Part shown: one piece after another, positions 40,030 to 52,075 of the stretch
Layout of the letters: every line of letters starts with the position of its first letter
Position numbering within the stretch: position 1 is the stretch's first letter
Source of the DNA: Rhynchobatus australiae
Taxonomy: Eukaryota
DNA: 64,000 nt
Reading direction: 5' to 3'
Assembly (NCBI GenBank): GCA_034780895.1
Contig: JAUZTB010000064.1
Span: forward strand, 59,838,044-59,902,043
The notes under the pieces: model-generated
Databases searched by the model: none
What the model was told of the DNA's origin: nothing
What the model saw: the letters and a program-made list of their open reading frames with translations, nothing else
Made by a program: the position numbers and the translations under genes

Positions 40030-41385
40030 ATAAAAAAAATAGCTAAAATAAGTATTTCCTCAGATGATGAGACTGGGGAATTAATTGAGGGAAATAATGA
40101 ATGGCAGAGGCTTTGAACAAACACTTTGCATCTGTATTCACGACAGAAGACAAGAAAAGCACTCCAATACAGGAGCGATAGGGAGAAACTTGAAACAAAT
40201 TACTAACACAACAGAAAAGATACTGGCAAACTATTGGGACTAAAGGCTGCCAAGGGCTTTGAACCTGATGGCCTGCTTCCAATGTTCTTAAGAGAGGTGG
40301 CTGCAAAAATAGTGACGCGACCATTGTAATCTTTCAGAATTACTCGGATTCTGGAAAAGATCCAACAGATCGGAAAATAGCAAATGTAATGCCCTCTGTT
40401 TCTCTTGCCAAAGATGCTGTCCGAGCTGCTGAGTGCTTCTGACATTTTCAGTTTTTATTTCAGATTTACAGCAGTTGCAGCTNNNTTTTCAATTTTCATG
40501 TATTACAGCCAAATTTGTGGCTAATACAAGGATGGACAGGAAGGCAGGTTGTGAGGAGACTAAGACTCTGCAAAGGGATACAAATAGGTTCAGTGAGAGG
40601 GCAAGAGTTTGGCAGATGAAGTGTAATATGTAAAATTGTGAGATTATACGCTCTGGTGAGAAGATTAGAAAATCAGAGTATTGTTTAAATGGAAAGAAGC
40701 TACAGAATGGTGTGCTACAGAGGGATCTGGATATCCTTGTACATCAAACACAAAATTAGCATGCAAGTACAGCAAGTAATTAGGAAGAAAAATGAATTGT
40801 TAGCCTTTACTGCATAGGGGATAGAGTATAAAAGTTGCTGCAACTGTAAAGTGGTTGGTGGGATCACACCAAGGTTACTATGTACAGTTTTAGTCTCTAT
40901 ATTTAAGGAGAGATTTACTTGCTTTGGAGGTTTGTTAGGTTGATTCAAGGATTGAAGCAGCTGCTTTAAGAGGGAACGCTGAGCATGTGGGGCCTGTACT
41001 AACTGGAGTTTAGAAGAATGAGAGATTATCTTATTGAAACATACAAGATTCTGTGCAAGCTTGGCAAGGTGGATACTGAAAAGATATTTCCCCTTATGGG
41101 GAAATGTAGAACTCAGGGGGGAGGATATTGTTTCAGAATAAGGGACTGCCCAGTTCTGAGATGAAGAGGAATCTCTCTCAGAAGGTCAAGAATCTTTGGA
41201 ATTCTCTACCATCGAATATATTCAGGCTGAGAGAGACAGATTTTTGGTCTGCATGGGGGTTAATGGTTATGGAGAACAGACAGGGCAGTGGAGCTGAAGC
41301 CAAGACCAGATTAGCCATGATTTATTCAATGGCAGAGCAGGCAGCTGACAGTGCATGGCCTAATGCCGTTCCTACTTGTTAGTTT
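40030..41385 (+). mobile_element. CR1 LINE remnant (RT to 3' end) with a Penelope-derived insert at about 40395-40480
   Basis: AEALNKHFASVFT, PDGLLPxxL, KFVANT (degenerate KFADDT), WQMKCN; tail ggcctaatgccgttcctacttgt. Confidence 0.8.
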
Positions 41386-41844
41386 GTTATGGGGCATGCT
41401 TTTGGATTGCAATTTTCCATAAAACAGGAGTAGGTTTTCCACATCAACAGATTTACAATGGGAAGTGCCTTGGGATTATATTATACTGCTAGTATTATTC
41501 TGTTAGTATTGTACCACAGGAATTTCATTCAAGTTATATCAATTCACTTCTGCTGCATGCTTGGTGGGTTCCCAGGCAGTATCAGCAGCCCCTTGGGTGA
41601 TGTCAGCCTCTATGGGAGAAAACTCTAATCCTACTACACCAGCACAAGATCCAGGCACAAGTGAAGCAATGCAGTGACAAGGTGTGAGAATCTTCAACCA
41701 TTAAGTCCACAGGTTAAACAACTCTTCAGCTGTATGCTAACTGTTTATGACATGGAATAAGACCCAGCTATTGGCCCTGAGGAAAGAGGTCCTCAAAATC
41801 AAACTCTCTGGGAATACTATGGTTAAAGAATCAACCATACCTTG

Positions 41845-42250
41845 AAACAAAGCTCTATCCTGGACAAATCACATCAATGCTACGGCCAAGAAAGCTCACC
41901 AGTGCCTCTACTTTCTCAGAAGGCTAAATAAATTTGGTTTGTCCCATTTGACTCTCACCAACTTTTACCGATGCACCATAGAAATCATCCTATCTGGACA
42001 TATCACAGATTTGTATGAAAACTGCTCTGCTCAATACTGCAAGAAGCTNNNNNNNNNNNNNNNNNNNNNNNNNNNNNNNNNNNNNNNNNNNNNNNNNNNN
42101 NNNNNNNNNNNNNNNNNNNNNNNNNNNNNNNNNNNNNNNNNNNNNNNNCAATGTAACTGCACTGTGTAATGAATTGATCTGTACGATTGGTTTGTAAGAC
42201 AAGCTTTTCACTGTACCTCGGTACATGACAATAATAAACCAATACCAATA
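41845..42250 (+). mobile_element. Rex1/Babar-type LINE 3' end
   Basis: KKAHQxLYFLRRLxKFG..LTNFYRCTIEIILSG and tail caataataaaccaataccaata. Confidence 0.8.
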
Positions 42251-42631
42251 GAACAGCATAGCACAGCAACAGATCCTTCAGCTCATGATGTCTATGCTAA
42301 TCTAACTAATCCCATCTGCCTGCACAAGGTCAGTATACTTTTATTCACTACCTGTTCACGGGCCTGTCCAAATGCCTCTTAAATGTTACTACCATATCTG
42401 CTTCCACCACACCTCCTGGCAGTGCATTCCAGGCACACACAACTCTCTGTGTAAAAAATGTGCCTTGTAAATCTCCTTTAAACTTTCCCCCTTTCAACTT
42501 AAAGCTATGCCCTCTAGTAATTGACTTTGCCACACTGGGTAAAAAACTCTGACTACCTATGCCTTTCATAATTTATGTACTTTTATCAGGTTGCTTTTCA
42601 GTCTCCGATGCTTCAGAGAAAACAATCCAAG
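42250..42631 (-). mobile_element. CR1 LINE 3' end
   Basis: ORF 42348..42569 (TRGHSFKLKGGKFKGDLQGTFFTQRVVCAWNALP). Confidence 0.85.
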
Positions 42632-43298
42632 TGAGGATATGACAAAGCACATTGATGAAGGTAGGGCAGTGGATGTGGTGTACGTGGATTTTAGTAAGGC
42701 ATTTGATAAAATTGCTCATGGAAGGCTCAGTCAGAAAGTCAGAGTGCATGGGATCCAGGGTAACTTGGCTGTGTGAATTCAGAATTGGCTCACCCATAGA
42801 AGACAGAGGGTGGTGGTAGATGAAGAATATTCTGCCTGGAGGTCAGTGACCAGTGGTGTTCCGCAGGGATCTGTTCTGCGACCCTTGCTTTTTGTGATTT
42901 TTATAAATGACTTGGATGAGGATGTGGAAGGCTGGGTCAGTAAGTTTGCTGAAGATACTAAGGTTGGTGGTGTTGTGGATAGTGTAGAAGGTTGCTGTAG
43001 ATTACAACAGGATATTGATAAAATGCAGACCTGAGCTGAGAAGTGGCAGATGGAATTCAGTCCAGAAAAGTGTAAAGTGATACACTTCCAGAGATCGAAT
43101 TTGAAGGCAGAATATAGGTTAATGGCAAGACTCTTAGCAGTGTGGAGGAACAGAGGCAGCTTGGGGTCCATGTCCATAGATCCCTCAAGATCCACAGGTT
43201 GATAGGGTTACTCAGAAGGCGTATGGTGTGTTGGCCTTCATTAGTCAGGGTATTGAGTTCAAGAGCCGTGAGGTAATGTTGCAGCTCTATAGAACTCT
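42632..43298 (+). mobile_element. CR1 LINE RT core, relatively young
   Basis: AVDVVYVDFSKAFDKIAHGRL and VTSGVPQGSVLRPLLFVIFINDLD..SKFAEDTK (ORFs 42591..42776 and 42810..43034), with in-frame stops. Confidence 0.92.
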
Positions 43299-43398
43299 NN
43301 NNNNNNNNNNNNNNNNNNNNNNNNNNNNNNNNNNNNNNNNNNNNNNNNNNNNNNNNNNNNNNNNNNNNNNNNNNNNNNNNNNNNNNNNNNNNNNNNNN

Positions 43399-43433
<35 letters not shown>
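43399..43433 (+). repeat. (AC)n microsatellite adjoining an N gap
   Basis: Perfect run of at least 17 units. Confidence 0.95.
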
Positions 43434-43436
<3 letters not shown>

Positions 43437-43477
43437 TTAAAGGAACCTCACTAATTGTAACCTAGTCCGTAACAGAA

Positions 43478-43830
43478 GTCATGAGGGGCAGAGATAGGGT
43501 GAATGCAGTCAGTCTTTTTCTCAGGGTTGGGGAATCAAAAACTAGAGGGCATGGGTTTAGGGTGAGAGGGAAAAGATTTAATATGAGTCTGACAGGCAAC
43601 TTTTTCCACACAGAGCATGGTATGTGTATAGAATAAGCTGCCAGTGGAAGTGGTTGAGGCAGGTACATTAACAATGTTTAAAAGACATTTGGATGGGTTC
43701 ATGGAGAGGAAAGGTTTCGAGGGATGTGGCTAAACAGGAAAATGAGACGAGCTTAGATGAACATCCTGGTCAGCGTGAATGAGTTGGGCCGAAGGGCCTG
43801 TTTCCGTGCTGTATGACTCTATGAATCTAT
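43478..43830 (+). mobile_element. CR1 LINE 3' end
   Basis: Same terminus as 7349-7600 (gggccgaagggcctgtttccgtgctgtatgactctatg). Confidence 0.85.
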
Positions 43831-44054
43831 TGGACTAGCAATCAGATATTGGACTCAGGATCTGGATACCCAGATAGTGATTCAGATATTGGACAAGTGA
43901 TCCAGATACCTGGGTTAGTTATCTGGAAGCACGATTCCAAGTTCTACAGTGGGCTGAGGAATTTAAATCCAGTTAAAAATATAGACCTCGGGAGAACCCT
44001 CAATATTGGAGGCCTACGCTACTGGATTGTCATTAAAACCCTGCTGGTGCATTG

Positions 44055-44890
44055 CAGTCTGATCACTGCTTTACAGGAAGGATGTAGAAGCCTTGGAGAG
44101 GACGCAGAAGAGGATCACCAGGATGTTCCTGGTTCAGAGAGTATGAGTAATAAGGAGAGGTTGCACAAACTTGGATAGTCAGAGGCTGAGGGGAGACCTG
44201 ATAGAAGTTTATAAAATTATGAGAAGCGAATTTGAAGGCAGAATACAAGGTTAATGGCAGGACTCTTAACAGTGTGGAGGAACAGAGGGATCTTGGGGTC
44301 CACGTCCATAGATCCCTCAGGGTCGCCACGCAGGTTGATAGGGTATGGAGTTCTGGCCTTCATTAGTCCAGGTACTGAGTTCAAGAGTTGCAAAATAATG
44401 TTGCAGCTCTACAGAACTCTGGTTGGACCACACTTGGAGTATTGCGTTCAGTTCTGGTTGCCTCATTATAGAAAGGATGAGGAAGCTTTAGAGGGTGCAG
44501 AGGAAATTTACCAGGATGTTGCCTGGATTGGAGCACATGTCTTATGAGGATAGGTTGAGCAAGCTACGGCTTTTCTCTTTGGAGAGAAGGAGAATGAGAG
44601 GTGACTTGATAGAGGTGTACAAGATGATAAGAGGCATAGATTGAGTGGACAGTCAGAGACCTTTTCCCAGGGCAAAATTGGCTAACACGAGGGAGCATAA
44701 TTTTAGGGTGATTAGAGCAAGGTATAAGGGGGATGTCAGAGGTAATTTTTTTTTTTACACAGAGAATGGTGGGCTCGTGGAAATGGAGGGCTATGTGAGG
44801 GAAGGGCAAGATAGATACTAGAGCAGGATAAAATATCAGCACAACATCATGGGCCAAAGGGCCTGTACTGTGCTGTGATGTTCTATGTTT
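44055..44890 (+). mobile_element. Two stacked CR1 3' fragments (44055-44227 and 44228-44890)
   Basis: ORF 44254..44547 (MLQLYRTLVGPHLEYCVQFWLPHYRKD); 44228-44420 closely resembles 43096-43298; tail tgatgttctatgtt. Confidence 0.85.
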
Positions 44891-47800
44891 GTCCAACCTC
44901 TCCTTGTAACTCATACTCTCTGATCCAGACAAGATCCTTCCTGGTTGCAGTTGCCTTGTCCGGGATGCACTGAACACCATCTGCAACTTACTAAGAGCAG
45001 CACAAAGCCCTACACAGACATTTCCTTTAATGATCTTTGAACACAAAAGAGAGATAACACCCACGATACCGTATTTCATTGCCTGTTCTTATCCAATTAA
45101 GACAAACGTTTCCAAAACTAAGTAGCAAGTCAACTCTTTTTTTTCTTATAAGTGTAATCATTCAATTAAAGATAAGGTTTCTTCTGAAATGAAACAGAAA
45201 ATTTTCAACAGGAGGTCAGGCAGCATTCAGGGAGAAATGATTAATGTTTCAGAATATATGTTCTAATCAAAGGTCATCGATCCCAAACATTCTCTATTTC
45301 TCTCTCCACAGATGCCGCCTGGCTTGTCCAGCATTTTTTGATGGTATTTCAGATTGACACCATCTACAGTACTTTGCTTAGCACATCGCCTTTGTTCCTG
45401 TAAAAATCATCAAATTAGAAGTTTCCTAACAAGTAGGAGGGCAGAAGTAAGGGCCAGTAGGGACCAAGGAAGTCTCATCAACAGTACAGTGAGATAGCTT
45501 CATAATCAACAGGATATGAATGGTTTAGCCAAGGAGGAAAAAAAATCAGAGCTTACAGGAGTTGTAGATTTATCTCCAAATGTAGGCTGAAGTAGCTACA
45601 AATGAGTGGGTTTAGTTATTGTCATAATTCTTCCATGAAAACAGGACTCAATTTATAATGTGCTTGGATCTTGGCCAATTTAAAGTCTCATTAAAGGTTC
45701 TGCCTGTAGCTGCCTGACAACTTACACAGAGTTTATTTACTTTTTAATCAAGCCCAGCATTTATTGCCCATCTCTAATTGCCTTCAAGGAGGTAGTGAAT
45801 CATCTTCTTGAATTGCTGCCATTTTTTCTGGTGAAGATGCTTCCACAATGTTGGGAAGAAAGTTGTGATTTAGTCCAGTTAAGGGATCATAGTGCAGCAG
45901 CTTTGTCCAGATCAGAGAAAATAAAGATGAGCCAGAAGGAGCTTGTAGTCACCTTTAGTACCTGATCAACTTGATATCTCTGTGCTGTTAAAGTGATTCT
46001 TTTTTTCTCTCAACAAAGAAGCAAGGATGCCGAACAAAGATTATCCCCTATGATTTGAAGGACTCAATCAGAAATTCAAAATTTAGCAGAGTTAAAATTA
46101 AAGAATCATGTTATTGGGGTGTAGGCAAAGTCTGCCATTTCTTGCCAATCTTAATTGCCTTTGACGATCACCTGGGATCCATCCTCTCGAATCAGGCAGA
46201 TAAAAGTATTCGCACAGTGCCCATAGGTAGGGAGTTCAAGGATTGCAGTCCATAGACGATGAGGGGAGAGCAATATTTCCAAGTCAGGTTGACATATGTG
46301 ACTGGGATGGGGAATTTGCAAGTGGTGCAACCTCTGCACATCTGTTCTACCAGATGGTGAGGTCATAGGTTTGGGAGACAACAAAGACAGCATGCTGAAT
46401 TGCTATGGTGCGATTTGCTGTTATGTTCAGCAGCAATTAATTAGAAAGCTTTCCTGCTCCATTTCCTTAATATTGTGTCCCTGAGCTGCCAGTTTTTAAA
46501 GCAAATGAGGAAAGAATCCCTTTCTCCACCCCACTACAGCTCTTGTGCACAACCTCCACATCACAAATAACCATTGCTTTTCAAATTAAATGAAGAAACC
46601 TATAACTTTCTTACATTTAAATTCCTGCAATAGTTTGCTATNNNNNNNNNNNNNNNNNNNNNNNNNNNNNNNNNNNNNNNNNNNNNNNNNNNNNNNNNNN
46701 NNNNNAGTACGACAATGGACAAAACTCTCAGTCAACAACCTCTGGATCATGTTTATGAACTAACATTCCACAAATGGATAAGTTCTTACATTTTAAAATC
46801 TAGAATATAGTCCCATTAATAACAGACCCTGATTTCTCATTCTGTTATCAGCTGAAATCAAGATTACAGAGCTGCTTTTGCACAGTCAGAAAATCTGTCA
46901 GACAATAAAAGCAAGTTTTACAAATCTATCAGTTGTCAGATACAAAAGCTGCTAAATGACATACATTACTATATAACATGTTATTTCAATGACTGAACAA
47001 GAATTCTTGGACAGCAAAAAAAAAGTGGCTGTTTTCACAACAAAGCTTGTCAGCGAGGCATATCTGTCACAAACTGATCTTCAGACAATTACACCCATAG
47101 GGGTTGTTTTTACATTTGTAATCTATGAAGTCAAAAGAAGTAAAAGAAAAGGACATGAATCCCTGAGATGGAGATGTAACAAATGTCTATTTTTGGACAT
47201 CAAGTCTTTCCCCTTTTTAAATATAATTTATTCTATGATTTCATTGACAGTGCAACATTCAAAAGTGAAAAGAGAAATACTATCCTTCCTGCCAAACCAC
47301 TCCTTCCAAATGAAAACCAAGTACAATTTGCAATAAAGGTAGAAAATATTTAAAAATCTCCATAATACTGTATCTGTGCAGAGGGAGAAAGTCAGCATTT
47401 TAGATCAAACATTTAACATTTATTAGAGGAATGCAATTGAAAATTTAACATTTATTGGAGAAATGTCATTCCCATTAGAATGGCATTCCTCCAATAATAT
47501 TTGCATTGTCCTGTCAGGAAATCAGCCTGCTCCTTGTGCAGTTAGATCACATGGTTGAATTGATAGTTTTTAATTCAACCAATCCTTGTTGGCTGATAGC
47601 CAATGATTATGATAGGAACTGCTGGAAAAAATTAGGAGTGGTACTGTTGATCCTTAACTTAAATTTGAAGACATTTGGAGTNNNNNNNNNNNNNNNNNNN
47701 NNNNNNNNNNNNNNNNNNNNNNNNNNNNNNNNNNNNNNNNNNNNNNNNNNNNNNNNNNNNNNNNNNNNNNNNNNNNNNNNNCTATTCATTAACTAAGAGA

Positions 47801-48749
47801 TCAGTGGACTTACAAATTGTTTTTTTTTGTGTGTTTTATTGTATGATTATCTAAGACACGAGTGTTATCCAGTTCTCTTTGTAATAGATGTATGAATATT
47901 GATGCTTTATATTAATCTGTATTGATTTGAAAACTAATAAAAAAGATTGAAAAAGGAACTGCCAGTTAACAGCTGTTCAGGACATTAGGAAGTTCTGGAT
48001 AGACATGGCCAAGAAGTAAATCTGAAATGTCCTGAAACAGATGTTGGTGCATCTGACTTTCTGCTCTGTCTCTGGACATGCCATCAGGTCCAATGGTAAA
48101 GCAGACTCATTCTTAAGCACCAGTGTAGATGCATTTTGGATCTGACCCCTATCTTTATGTCAGGAAAGGTGAGCATGGGAACAGAGACCTCGTTTAAATG
48201 AGATCCTGTGAAAACTGGTGGTTAAGAACTTGTGTTTAAATTTATGTTTTTACTTGTAGCATTAAATACCTTAGAAACATTTAAAAGATATTAAAACAGC
48301 TTTCATCAGAGAGGTTTAAAAACTGTTCAAAGGGTGTTGACAGAGAGCGAGCTGTCAAAGAATGTCTAGACATTCCATGGTGGGGCCTCAGGATATGCTA
48401 CCTGAGGCCCAGTCACAGTACAGCATACAGTCCACCTGTTGGGTCCAAAGGGTCAGCTTGTGCAGCCCTATACATTCTGGAAAAAGTCCTAGTGGGTGGG
48501 AGATGTGGGTTGTGAATCCAGACGTTCGGTTAGGTCCAGCACAAATCAGCCCATTTATCTTGCAAGCAAAAATTACACCAAGCCCCTTTAAAACCTTACA
48601 GCCTGCAGCAGTAATATCCAAACATGAACAGGGGAAGAACTGACACCAAAATCAATCCCATTCTTTTCTAGTGCTGGATTTTCCTTTTGGTATATTCGAA
48701 ATAGCTCTATCAGTTTCTTTATACAATTTTGTTAATATAACAAAAAACA

Positions 48750-49880
48750 TGAGAACATAAGAAAGAAAGAGTAGGGGTAGGCCACTTGACTCCTCAGTTC
48801 TGCCACGTCACTCAATCTGCCCCAGGTCTCATCTCCTCAAGAGCCAATTCCCCAATTCCCATAGCTCTCAGTTCCCCAATCTTCCAAAAATTTATCATCG
48901 TCCTCTTTGAATACCCCCAATTATCTAACTTTCACAACCCTTCAGGGGAGAGAATTCCAGAGATTAACCAACCTCTGCAAGTGGTTCCTACGCACCTTAA
49001 TTTTTAATGACCAGCCCTTATGTTGTAATTATGTCCCCGCATTCAAGGTTCCTCTACAGGTGGAAACATCTCAATAATTACCCTGTCGTGACCTCTTAGG
49101 ATGTTATATGTGAGAGGAATGTAAAGGCAGACAAGATTGCAGATGAGTGAAGTGCAGAGAGAACCTAAGTGTTCTTGTGCACAAATTGAAAGTAGCAGCA
49201 GGCAGGTGCAGCAAGTGGTTAGCAAATGGCATATTGGCCTTTATTACAAGAGGGTTGGAGTCTAGGAAAGGGGAAGTATTGTTACAATTGTACAGGGTAT
49301 TCATGAGACTCATACCTGATATACTATGCACCAATAAGAAAGGATATACTGGCTTTGGAGGCAATCCAAAAGAGATTCACTGGGCTAATTCCTGGATTCA
49401 CTAGGCTAATTCCTGGGAATAAGAAGGTTGTTCTATCCCAAATGACTAAATAAATAAGATCTGTATTGTTATAAATTTAGCAGAATAAAGGATAATCTTA
49501 TTGAAACATACAAGATGCTATTGGGTAATGACAGTTTAACATTGAAATGTTTCTACTAGTGGGAGAATCTCAAACAAAGGGACATAATTACAAGGATATG
49601 GTCATTTAAAACTGAGGTGCTTTGGAACAACTTCTTGCAGAGGTTGGTGAAGCCCTGGAATTCTCTATCTTGAATGTTTATGGAGGCTAGATCATTGGGG
49701 TATTTAAGAGGAAGTAGGTACATTTTTGGAAGATCAAGGAATTGGGAGATATGGGTATCTGGCACAGAGGAAGAGTTGAGGGCCCACAGTAGATCACCCA
49801 TGATCACATGAATGGTGGGGCAGGCTTGAGGGGCCAAGTAGATTACTCCTGCTCCTATTTCCTTGTGGTCTTATGATCTT
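48750..49880. mobile_element. Back-to-back pair of CR1-type 3' ends (minus 48750-49108, plus 49109-49880)
   Basis: Outward-facing tails aacataaga and cttatgatctt; ORF 49147..49404 (ANGILAFITRGLESRKGEVLLQLYRV). Confidence 0.75.
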
Positions 49881-51423
49881 TAACTCTGTGATAAATGTCC
49901 TTAGCCTGCACCATGAGAGGCATTACAATTCTCTTTGGTGCTCTCTGGGTTAAGGAAGAGAAAATCATTCAGAATTCCTACCCCTGAAGGCAATTCACCA
50001 AACCTTTTGCAGGAAGTGCGCAGATCCCCTGTGGTCAAGTAACCTGCTGACACTCTGTCAAGGCTCAGCCATCAATAATGGCCCACTGAGGAAAATACCA
50101 GATGGTGGCTGACACTCTTAGAACTGTATCTCAGCAAGTGTCAACTCTTTGGAAGATATCAGCAGAATAAAGGCTGTTTGTATTAGTCTTAAAGGAGGGA
50201 TTATGCAGTGGGCCCTAGTGTGGATCTCATGGCCCAGCCACAATCACAAAGAAGACTTAATGGATTTGTTAAGACCAGCTGGCAGGAAGGCATGGTAATA
50301 ATAAAACCAAAGGCAAATACAAAATGAATTAAAACAGCAGATAAAAGCTTTTTCTAAATGAATCTATTGGAAGTTTTACAATCAAAGTGTACTTTAGCAA
50401 AACTTGTCAGAACCTTGGTAAAATGTGAATCCATTACCAAAGAAAGTATGATGCACTATCCTACCAAAAACACTTTTCTGTCTATTCCGACTCAGGGAAT
50501 GAAGCAAAATTAATGTAAAAGAACTCAGTATTCAAATTTAATAAAACCCCAAGAAAATCATCTAAAGTAATTTTGGTTTATTGCTGACAGATATTATATA
50601 CTGTAAGGGAAATTTGATCCGGTCATTCTCCGACACCAAAAGGATTTGTTTAAAGTGGACAATCCAATACAAATAATTTAATGTCTAAATTCAGAGACCA
50701 GAATTATCTTCATGTAATTGTCTGGCAATTCATAATGAACAATTAGATGGGAGAAAGTCAAAAGGAAATTTTTTGAAAGGTTAAATGAATCTGATTTCAT
50801 AGATTCATCCCAGTGCTTTAATCATTAAAGATGAAAATGTAATGCTTTACTGATAATTATCCTCAGTATGTACATGTATTTTTAAAAGCTTTGAATGCAG
50901 ATCAAAAGAGTCAACTGCTCTCAACAATACCTTCATACATCAAAGTTAAGCATTTATTATATGATGACTTTCTGATTTGAATAATTGAATAACCTATCAT
51001 TTTTCAAACTCAATGTAACATTCTCCCTGAAGCTCTATTTGAAGTAACAGCAAATGTCACATTGATCATAATAGACCAACAGTTACATTGTTGCAAGAAA
51101 ACAAGAGCTGGGGTGGAATGCAGATGTGTGGGAGAGATATACATGCAANNNNNNNNNNNNNNNNNNNNNNNNNNNNNNNNNNNNNNNNNNNNNNNNNNNN
51201 NNNNNNNNNNNNNNNNNNNNNNNNNNNNNNNNNNNNNNNNNNNNNNNNNNNNNNNNNNNNNNNNNNNNNNNNNNNNNNNNNNNNNNNNNNNNNNNNNNNN
51301 NNNNNNNNNNNNNNNNNNNNNNNNNNNNNNNNNNNNNNTTATGAATTTCCATTACCCAAGTGGCCAGAACATGCAAGTTGCCTGTATTTCTCCACAGATG
51401 GAAGGAAGAGAAAGTAGCATAGA

Positions 51424-52075
51424 ACCCACACCTCCTCTCTTGCCACCATCCAGGGCCCAAACAGCCCTTCCAGGTGAAGCAGACTTTCACATGCCCTCTA
51501 CTGTCCTTGTTTATTGCATCTAGTGTTCCCAAAGTGGCCTCTTTTACATCAGTGAGACCAGGCGCTGACTAGGTGGCTGCTTTGCCAAGCACCTGCGCTC
51601 CATCCACCAAGGCCTTCTGGAGCTCCTGCCCCATCAACTTGTTTCTTTCCCTTCCTCCACCCACTCCTACTGCCCAGCACTCACACACTGCTTCCACTGG
51701 GTCCTCTTCCTCAACAATCTTCCCATCCCACCTCCCTTATTTGGATCTTTACTCCAGCATCCTTTCCTATCTGATTCCATCATCTATAGCCTTTGTCACT
51801 TACACCTATCACCTCTCAGCTTCTGTCACTATTTCCACTTTTCTCTCCTCCATCTGCCTATCAACTCCTCCTCACCTGGATCCATCTATCACTTGTTAGC
51901 TCTTGCTCCACCCCTTCCCTTTACCTCTTTATACTGGCTCTCTTTCAGTCCAGATGAAAGGTCTTGACTGGAAACATTGACTGTCCATTTCTCTTCATGG
52001 ATGCTGCCTGATCCACTGAGTTGCTCAAGCATCTTGTTTGTTGCTCCACATTCCAGTATCTGCAGTCTCATGTCT
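51424..52075 (+). mobile_element. Penelope-like retroelement 3' remnant: GIY-YIG endonuclease relic plus terminal repeat (pLTR)
   Basis: Pieced translation TIQGP/KQPFQVKQTFTC/STVLVYCI*CSQSGLFYISETRR*LGGCFAKHLRSI (about 51445-51604) matches the PLE VY..C..C..YIGET..L..R..EH motif. It is followed by a pyrimidine-rich UTR and a hammerhead motif. Confidence 0.85.
51946..51983 (+). ncRNA. Decayed minimal (dimer-type) hammerhead ribozyme of a Penelope-like element
   Basis: CAGTC-CAGATGA-AAGGTCTTGACTG-GAAAC-ATT-GACTG. Stem I CAGTC/GACTG is intact, the core has CUGAUGA>CAGAUGA, and the palindromic ACGT has become ACAT. Confidence 0.7.

Noticed and set aside
43840-43925. Short tandem duplications (also 49374-49415 and 62951-63013) as CRISPR-like or functional arrays
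   Set aside because: Only two imperfect units, no repeat-spacer structure, eukaryotic context; ordinary slippage products.
42573-44547. RT-like ORFs as functional genes
   Set aside because: Short fragments of CR1 ORF2 broken by stops and frameshifts; no intact element.
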